From assembly GCF_009914755.1 (NCBI RefSeq), contig NC_060943.1: a stretch of 64,000 bases of DNA. One strand, written 5' to 3'. Below the pieces are notes generated by a model. The model was not told the DNA's origin, searched no databases, and was given only the letters and a program-made list of their open reading frames with translations. The position numbers and the translations under genes were made by a program. Source of the DNA: the human T2T-CHM13v2.0 reference genome, Homo sapiens. Positions 54,201 through 64,000 of the stretch are shown here, piece by piece; position 1 is the first letter of the stretch; each line of letters opens with the position of its first letter.

Positions 54201-54312
54201 GAAGCAAGGAGTTCAATCTTAAAATTTTAAAATTTACATGACTTGTTGAGTAATTCGATATCAGAAAATTTCACCTTCCATTTCAAAATTTGAACGAAGA
54301 ATGGTAGTCTAA

Positions 54313-54582
<270 letters not shown>

Positions 54583-54789
54583 TGATCCACCCACCTTGGC
54601 CTCCCAAAGTGCTGGGATTACAGGTGTGAGGCACTGCACCCGGCCTGAAGCCAAAAGTTTATTCATGGAATTTATAATACAGTGTGTATTTGGATGTAGA
54701 GATCCCTGTTACTGTTTTTAAACTATGGATTAAGAGTTAATCTCTTTGAGTAACAGTCTTAGCATTCTCTTTTGAACTTTTTTTTTTTT

Positions 54790-55870
54790 AATTTCTCAGG
54801 GAGAGTGTTATTGGGAAACCTAACTACACAGGCTGAAAAGATACATAAGATAAAAATGAAATATTTTTAAACAAACATCTTTGTAACCACCACCCAGGGC
54901 AAGACAGACATTGCCAGCATCCCAGAAGCCTCCCACCACCTATATTTTCCCATCACAACTATCACCATCTTAATTTAAGCTAGATATAAATGTTCTTCTG
55001 ACATTTATAGTTTTACCATATAAGTTTACATCTCTAAATAATAGAGTTTAATTTTGCCCATTTTTAACTTTATGTAAATAGGATTGTGTTGTATATATTT
55101 TATTTTTAGCTTTTATTGTTTCATAATATTCCATCATGAATATAACACAAGTTTATTCCTTCTGCCATTGTTTTGGATATTGCATTTAGATTGTTTGCAG
55201 TTTGGGGCTATTATAAACAATGCTTTTATGAACATTTCTGTTTAAGTGCACTGGTGCATGTTTATGTCGTTTTCTTGAGATTATATACTTAGAATTTGAA
55301 TTGCAAGAACATGGGGAATGTTGGTCTTTATCAGGTAATGCCAGGTAGTTTTTCAAAGTAGTTGTTTAGTGGTTTTTACTTCATTTATTAGTATGTAAGA
55401 GTTCTTGTTTCATATCCCTTACCAACAACCGTACGTGGTATCATATATTTCAATTCTAGCCAATCCTGGTGGGTATGTAGTTGTATTTAGTTTTAATCAT
55501 TTCCCTCATTACTAAATGGGGCTGACCAGCTTTTCATATCTGGGTGTTTGGATTTCATTTTTCATAAAATGCCTTTGAAATCTTTTCCTTTTTTAAATCG
55601 AAACACGTCTTTTTCTAGAGTTCTGTATTCTGAATATATCTCCATTGTTGGATGTATATATTGCAAACATTTTTTCCATTTAGTAGTTTCTTTAAATTAA
55701 CAGAAGTTCTTCATTTTAATGTAAACATGTTCATCAGTTTTTTATGGCTAGTGTTTCTTTTTTTAAAACATCATAGAGATACTTTGATTATCTTTAAACC
55801 TTTTTGTGCTTTGCTTTTTCACATTGACGTTTATAATGCATCTGAAATTGATTTTGTGTACAATGTGAGA
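54790..55870 (-). mobile_element. Old L1 (L1ME-like) 3' relic in intron 1
   Basis: TTGTTTGCAGTTTGGGGCTATTATAAACAATGCT...AGAAGTTCTTCATTTTAATGTA. Confidence 0.7.
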
Positions 55871-58859
55871 TATTCAGAGCTTTACATTTAGTAAGGGATT
55901 CACTTGGTTTATATTGTCCATATTATAATTTAGGGCTTGGATATTATAATTTAAATATATCTGGAACTATAAACTACTCTTGAAATTTTTGGCTATTTAC
56001 ATTTGATGTGGTATATAATTAGGGTAACCATATGGCCTAGTTTGCCCTGGTGGAAAGTCCTTGTTTGTGCCTGCTCTGGCATAATTATTAAAAACATCCC
56101 GGCTGGGCAGGGTGACTCAGGCCTGTAATCCCAACATTTCCAAAAGGTCAAGGCCGGGGTATTGCTTGAGCCCAGGAGTTCAAAACCAGCCTCGGCAATA
56201 CAGGGAGACTCCATTTCTACAAAAAATTTTAAAAATTTTAAAAAGTGCATTAGCCAAGCATGGTGGCATGCATGTCTGTCGTCCCAGCCACTTGGGAGGC
56301 TGAGGCAGGGGGATTGCTTGAGCCCAAGAGGAGCTGTGATCATGCCACTGCACTCCAGCCTGAAACATAGAACAAGACCTTGTCTTAAAAAATAACAATG
56401 ATAGCCTGTAATCCCAGCACTTCAGGAAGCTGAGGCAGGCGAATCACCTGAAGTCAGAAGCTCGAGACCAGTCTGGCCAACATGGCGAAACCCCGTCTCT
56501 ACTAAAAATACAAAAATTATCTGGGCGTGCTGGTGCATGTCTGTAATCCCAGCTACTTGAGAGGCTGAGGCAGGAGAATTGCTTGAACCTGAAAGGCGGA
56601 GGTTAGAGTGAGCCAAGATCACACCACTGTACTCTAGCCTGGGCAACAGAGCGAGACTCTGTCTCAAAAAAAAAAAAAACACAAAATAATAATAATAATA
56701 ATAATCTGTTTTCTCTTTTGAAAATGTTTCAGTGTGGATAAGTTATCACACCACATAATCAAAAGCCTAATTGCAGAGGTGCTGTGAAATGGTCGATGTG
56801 CCTTATTTTCTGCTAGAGATGTCACAGACTAGCTTTAGTTCTAGAAAGTGAAACAGGTAAGTTTGAGGGGCTTTGATCCTCGGAACCTAAGCATATGTCA
56901 AGAAGTCATAAAGGCAACCTAGAAAGGCTTTGATGTCAATCTGCTATGTATGTTTATAGATGATCTGTGTTGCAGTTTGTTTCTGCAGTTTGTTGCAGTT
57001 TGTAGTCTGTGTCACAGCTCTGAATTTATTTTCTTCTCAGCACTGATCATGACTTACACTTAATCTTCTTTGCTTATTTGCATATGTGTTTATTGTCTGT
57101 CTTCACCTTCCCCTTCACCTCCAGACTCTGAGCTCCTGGTATGAAAGGTTGTTTAGTTAGTGAGTAAATGGAAATGATTTAGCATTTTAGCTTATTGTTC
57201 TTGTAGAAGTATCTTGGGTATACCTCCAAATAATGCTTTTCCATGTTCACAATTGCATTTCCCTATAAAATTAAATTATCCTGCCTCACATTAAGAAATC
57301 TTGAAGAATTTCAGTGAGTAGGGATGCAAGAGGATGAAATCTAGTGACATAATTAACATTATTGGGGAGGTAAACTCTTTGTGACTCAAGCTCAATTATA
57401 ATTTTCATTTAAAGTTTAAAGGAAGCCTCCATTCAGGGTGTAGGAAGAAATTACACAGTGGTGACATGTATGAATATTTTATGGAATAGTTCCAGTTGTG
57501 TTTGCACCTATGTCTATAAGTGAGTAGGATGCCTAAATAGGCTAAAATGAATGAAATTCTTATAAAAAATAAATTCTTACATTTAGTTAGCTTACCTGGA
57601 TAATCATTCAAATGGAAACCAGGTTGCTACTGCACTGGGAAAAGAGACTTTATGAAGAACGATTATATAAGCCACTTGCCTTTAAAATAAGTTGTTCTTA
57701 AAATCAAGAGATTGGTGGAAGAATAGAAAAACAAGTAAATTGTTAACAGATTTCTTTAATCATCTGCTAAGTCTGGCTCATTGGCATAATTTATCTACTT
57801 CTTGATGTTAGTCACATAGTCATAAACTATTACCTTATTGGAGAGAGTGGAAGAGCTTTGTGTGATGGATAAAATACTTGTGGGGTGCTTTATTTGATTT
57901 CTTGCATTACTTGGGGATCTAAATCTAGCAATTCACAAAATTACTATCTAAAATGACAAAGATCTAGTGAAACTTCAAGCCACAGTTTCTTTTTGTTGCC
58001 CTATTTAGTGATGTTGCCAGTACTTGGAGCCTTGGAAACAGTTTATTATTGTTACATAGTCCGCAGAAATACTTGGTAATTCTGGGAGTCTGAAGTCAGG
58101 TGCCAGAAACTGTTCATTTTCTAGTAGGGGTAAGTAAGGTAAGCCATGATTTTCTAAGTCGGAAGTAAAGAAAACAGCATAAAACTGAAGAAAAAAAATA
58201 GTAGAAGGAAGGAAGTAGGAAGAAAAAAGAAATCTTATCTGTGCATGATACATAGCAGGAGTTTTGTATTTAACTCAGTGCCACAGTAATAATAGCAGTA
58301 ACTACAGATAGTTTAACTTGAATTTAATTACTCCGTGCTAGAAGATGCTTGCTATAGAAACAATTTGTCTTTCTCTCATGATGCTATAAAATAATATATT
58401 AATTAGCTGTTTTAAAAACTAGATACCATTGAAGTAAATTTTGTTGTTGTTGTTTTGAGACAAGAGTCTCACTCTGTTGCCCAGGCTGGAGTGCAGTGGC
58501 ACGATCACAGCCTTGACCTCCCTGGGCTCAGGTAATCCTCCTGCCTCAGCCTCCCAAGTAGCTGGGACCACAGGCACACACCACCACACCCAGCTAATTT
58601 TCTGTTTTTTGTAGATACAGGGTTTTGCCATGCTGCCCAGGTCGGTCTCTAACTCCTGGGCTCAAGTGATCTGCCTGCCTTGGCCTCCCAAAGTGCTGGG
58701 ATTACAGGTGTGAGCCACAGTGTCCGGCTTGAAGTAAGTTTTTTAGTGGACAAAGTGTGAGTTGGTCTGTAAAATAATTTATTCCCAAGGGCCTTATTCT
58801 AGTTTTGTAGGGTTTTTTGTTTGTTTGTTTTTTTCTGGAAGAAAATGCGACCCAAAATG

Positions 58860-59030
58860 CCAGTTGGAATACTTAGCAGCTTTTTGGTCTTGGACAAGTT
58901 ATTTAACCTTAGCTTTAACTTCTTCATCTTTTCAATAGGGATGGATAATAATGCCCATCTTTCAGAGTCATTCTGATAATTAAATGAGGTGATATAAAAG
59001 AAGTAACTAGTTTAATGTTGGTGCTTAATA
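58860..59030 (+). mobile_element. MIR
   Basis: CTTGGACAAGTTATTTAACCT...TTCTTCATCT...AATAGGGATGGATAATAAT...ATTAAATGAG. Confidence 0.7.
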
Positions 59031-59199
59031 GAGAATAGCTGTCCCATGTTATTTCCCACCACGATCTCCCTCTCTGTCTAGGTGCTCAGTCTCTCTAGTA
59101 GCCCAACTCAGTCAGTCATTCACACCTACTGTAGTCTACTGTCATCTTACTGCCTTTCACTGTCCTCTCATTCCCCTCATAACTTTACTTCCTTCTTTA

Positions 59200-60620
59200 T
59201 CCTGCTTCAACTCCATGAGCAACCACGACAGTCAGTACACATTCCCTCAGCCCCCACCCCATTCCCCTCTTGCTGTCTTATACAAGAAATCACAACCCTG
59301 ATTATATCAACACAGATGTGCTGACCAGCCTCACTCTAAATTTATGTTCGCTAGCCTCCGCAGTCATGGTCACTTCCTAGCAGTCACACTATACTTCCAT
59401 AATCCATTTCACTTTTCTACATGGCTATTCCATTCATTTTCCTCAAGCCTCCAACACCTCCCCCATATTCACTTTCAGCCCCTTAACCGTGCTTTCTATA
59501 GCAGTTAACTGAGAAAAGAACAGCAAACGAAAGATAATTTTGATAAACTTACCCCTCACATACCCAGTTACCTGCATCTGTTCCCCAGACTTCTATGTTT
59601 TTTTCTGATCAATATGGATAAACTGTTCTTATTTCTGTCTGAGACCACCCTTCCACTTGTGCAGCATTTGTCCCCTCTTGGTGATTCAAGAACATTGCTC
59701 CAGCAGTTCTCTACTCTCCTCAGTTTTTCCTTCCCTAACGTATCTTTCTGTCTGCTTACAGATAGGCAGTTATTTCTTCTACCTTAAGAACAACCAAAAA
59801 ACCCCACTGTACTTGAACTGAATTTCCTCTTTTCTAATGATTACCCCATTTCTATCCTTCCCTTTATAGCGAAACCCCTTGAAGAAGTTGTCTACACCAC
59901 TGGTGTTCATTCATTTTTGAGCCCTGTTTACTAAGGTTTTTATTCCTACATATGAAGTTTTCTTATCAAAATTACCAAAGATTTCCATGTTACCAAATCC
60001 AGTAGTTAGTTCTTAGTCTCATTCTACTTCACCAGTCAGCATTACGTGGTACAGTTAGTCTGTTCTCTGTGAAGCATTTTCTTAACTTGATCGTATGCCA
60101 TTTTTTTCCTCATATCTCACTGGTTACCTCTCAATCTCCTTGGCTGATTGAACCTGTAAGCCGCCAAATGTTGGGAGAGCTCCAGGGCTCAGTTATCTCC
60201 CCTTTTCTCTCTGTCTGTTAACATTTATTTAATCATCTGCATTCTTTTGATGATCTCATCCATCTAGTTCCTGGTTTCAAATACTACCTGTATATCACTG
60301 ACTCCTATCTCTAGCCTGAATTTCTCCTCTGAACTCCTGACTTGTATATCCATTGCCTCTTTAACATCTCTACTTGTAGGGAAGTCTGCTAGAATCTCAA
60401 TTCAGCATGCTCCAAACCTGTTCCTCCATCAGCCTTCCCCATCTAATCAAATGACAGCTCTATTCTAGTTGGTAAGACCAAAACACCTTGGAGCCATCCT
60501 TAATTCCTCTCTCTCTGTCTCACCTCATGTGATCCGAACCTATCAGCTCTGCTTTCAAACTAGATGCAGAATTTGACCTCTGACCACCCCTACTACCCTG
60601 GTCCATTATCTCTCACTAGT
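59200..60620 (+). mobile_element. L2 relic
   Basis: Pyrimidine-rich L2 body with TTCCATGTTACCAAATCCAGT, CCAGGGCTCAGT, GATCTCATCCA, TCTCTAGCCTGAA. Confidence 0.75.
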
Positions 60621-61129
60621 CTATTCAGAGATACTCAGATTCCTGTTTCTTGTTTCCAATATTGACCTCTCAGTTGATTCTTTCTCCTCCTCCCAATTTT
60701 ACTTGAGTGAATCTTTGTAATTAAAAAATAAAATATATGGGAAATGTAGGTGACAAATTTTCTTAGTGAACCTATGTTTTCTTGTGCTTGACTGGTTGGT
60801 TGGCTATGTATTTCCAAATTAAGAGTCTTTTTTCTGTGGAACTTTGAAGTTACTGCTTTTTGTTCTTCTAATATTCTGGGGTTGCTGATGCCAGTCTGAC
60901 TCTCAGTCACTTTTCTCTCTGGAAGCTTTTATTTAGAATTCTCTATTCCTGGAATTCACAAATGTGATCACACTGGTTTGTTGTTGTTTGTTTGTTTTTT
61001 GGTTTGGTTTGATTTTTCCTCTGAGTGTTTCTCTGTGGACCTTGTGAATCTGAAGAGTCAACTCTCGGCCGGGCGCGGTGGCTCATGCCTGTAATCCTAA
61101 CACTTTGGGAGGCCAAGGCGGGCAGATCA

Positions 61130-61351
<222 letters not shown>

Positions 61352-61847
61352 TCAAAAAAAAAAAAAAAAAGAGTCAACTCTCTTTAAATCTAAGAAATCC
61401 ATTCATTCTCTCTACCTCTGACACGCCCTCCCTCCCCTCTCCCCCTCCTCTTTCTAGCTCCATCTCAGATAATTTCTATCTTGCCTCCTGCTCCCCAGCC
61501 TTGTTATTGTTGTTTTTAATTCCTCATGGATGCGTTTATCCTCCACCCTGCTTTTTCACTCTTATATCATATTTTCATATCTGTCTCTTGGTTTTATCAT
61601 TTGGAGATTAAAATATAAAAACAGCCATAAGGAAGAATGCCCAACTGAAAGCAGCTTAGAGAGTCAACATTAAATTTAAACCATTGGGTAAAGATAGCAA
61701 ACTGGACATGCTTTTACTTTTCCTTCCTGTTGATAAATCCTATCAAAACTAGGTGAGAGGGAGTTTTAAAAAATACATAAACCCGGCCGGGCGCAGTGGC
61801 TCACGCCTGTAATCCCAGCACTTTGGGAGGCCGAGGCGGGCGGATTA

Positions 61848-62060
<213 letters not shown>

Positions 62061-62529
62061 TCAAAAAAAAAATAAATAAATAAATAAACCCATAAAGGAC
62101 AAAACAGATTTGGAAAGGAGACAACATCAACACAGTTTGGAAGGCTGAAAAGCAAATAGATGAGTTTAAATGACTTAGCAAAGTTGAGAGCCGCAACCTA
62201 AGTAGTCAGTGGGAAAAGCCAAGATGTAACTTGACTTTCACCCCAAACTCCTAAAAGGCTCAGGAGTTGACATCAACAGGCACAATGGAAACTAGAAGAT
62301 TGAAGTAATTGGGATGAAGGGTGTAAGTTTTGGGTTATAAGTTTAACTTATTAACTTTTAACTTTATTGGGTATAAGTTACAATACTATAAAATTCACCC
62401 ACTGTAAGTGTGCGGTCCCGTGAAAGTTGTGTATCCATCACCACAGTCCAGTTTTCTAACAATTCCATCAACTCAAGAAGCTTCTTTGTTGATGTTTAGT
62501 CAGTAGCTGCCTACGACCCCCAGTCCTAG

Positions 62530-62697
<168 letters not shown>

Positions 62698-62750
62698 TAG
62701 CTGGGATGACAGGCATGCACCACCATGCCAGCTAATTTTTGTATTTTTAA

Positions 62751-62879
<129 letters not shown>

Positions 62880-64000
62880 TAATATGTAAATTATTAAATT
62901 GATTTCCTAATATTAAAACATTCTTGCATTTTTAGAAACCTTAAATTTCAAACAACTGTATTTCTCTATATCAATTATCAATTGGAGTAATTAGCCATTA
63001 TCTATAATAGATTCATTACATGGAGTTCATGGTAGATTTCAGGGAGTCTTGATCCCCTGAAGTTATAAGCAATTTTTATTTACATACAGAAACATTTGGG
63101 GAGAGGGTTCATAGATGTCTTTAATTTTCCAAGACCCAGATAAATACAAGCTACCTTTGCTTATGCCTAAGTTAAAAGTTTTAACATATCTTTTCACTTT
63201 TCTCCCTTTGTCCCATTTTCCAGGTTTTATCTAATTTGGGGTTTAGGTTACAGATTGTTATTATTACATTGCTTCTATTTTTAGAATCCCTTAAGAGCAG
63301 TTTTATTAGCAATGTTGACTTAGATAAAACTGAGGGGGCTTTTTTGTTTTTTGTTTTTGTTTTCCGTCAGAGACAAGGTTCTTGAGGACACAACATTTAA
63401 GCTGGGGCCTGACAGATGAGTTAGAATTAGCCACATGTAGAGGCTATCTAGGAAGATGTTAAGGCTATCTGTTATGTTCAGTTACATAAGAGAGATCCTT
63501 TGTAAATGTGTTTTGCTTTGTAATAAACCTCCTAAGGAGCCAGTATTGTTTTGTTATTACATCACTCTCTAAAATTTCAAATTGCCTTTTTGGTTTTATA
63601 AGGACAAGATGGGCTCTTAACAAGATGGCTTTGGGGTTTTTTCAGTCGAAGATGATGTAACCTCTAGAGTTAAGTGCGAAGAAGTTGATTTTGAGAATAT
63701 ATTGCAGAAGGTGCAAGGAACGTCATCTGGGTTATGACCTCTGGAAGTGGAGGTAGTTTTTTGTCATTGGGTCGCCAGTGCTTGGCATGTGATCTGTGAG
63801 GTGATCGAGAATATTGCAGACACAAGGGCAGGAGTAATGCCTCTGTTAGGGGTGTTAAGTTCGTAGTGGGTTCAGGAAGAGATGGTGGAGGCTGAGGGAC
63901 AGATGTTTTCATTCAGTGCAGTAATATTTGCTAACAGGAAGAAAGTAGTGTGGGTAAGGGTGAAGAAGGGGCCAGAGAAGAGAGTGCAGATGTGCAAAAA

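Overview
Great-ape genomic DNA, extremely Alu-dense. By gene content it is the locus orthologous to human 19q13.11. The only real coding sequence is LSM14A exon 1 (+ strand, CDS 51143-51263) in a CpG-island promoter; intron 1 runs past the window end. The ~50 kb upstream is intergenic. It holds a CHCHD2 processed pseudogene, a full-length SVA with a perfect 14-bp TSD, a gene-less CpG island about 0.55 kb from the SVA, a strong CTCF site, a 41-nt tailless 5S rRNA retrocopy, several solo LTRs (ERV1, MaLR, ERVL), L1/L2/MIR relics, Tigger3 and MER58 DNA transposons and roughly 60 Alus. Nearly all ORFs in the supplied track are Alu, SVA, microsatellite or GC-rich artefacts. I cannot support a wholly new biological system. 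The best leads are: (i) the SVA, whose 20-bp SINE-R deletion I recall as typical of Pan-lineage SVAs, beside an orphan promoter-like CpG island; (ii) a Kozak/YY1-overlapping uORF plus GCC repeat and G4 ahead of LSM14A; (iii) candidate PTC-bearing cassette exons in intron 1; (iv) repeated reuse of single L1-endonuclease sites. Repeat subfamily names come from remembered consensus sequences, and repeat boundaries without TSDs are approximate.
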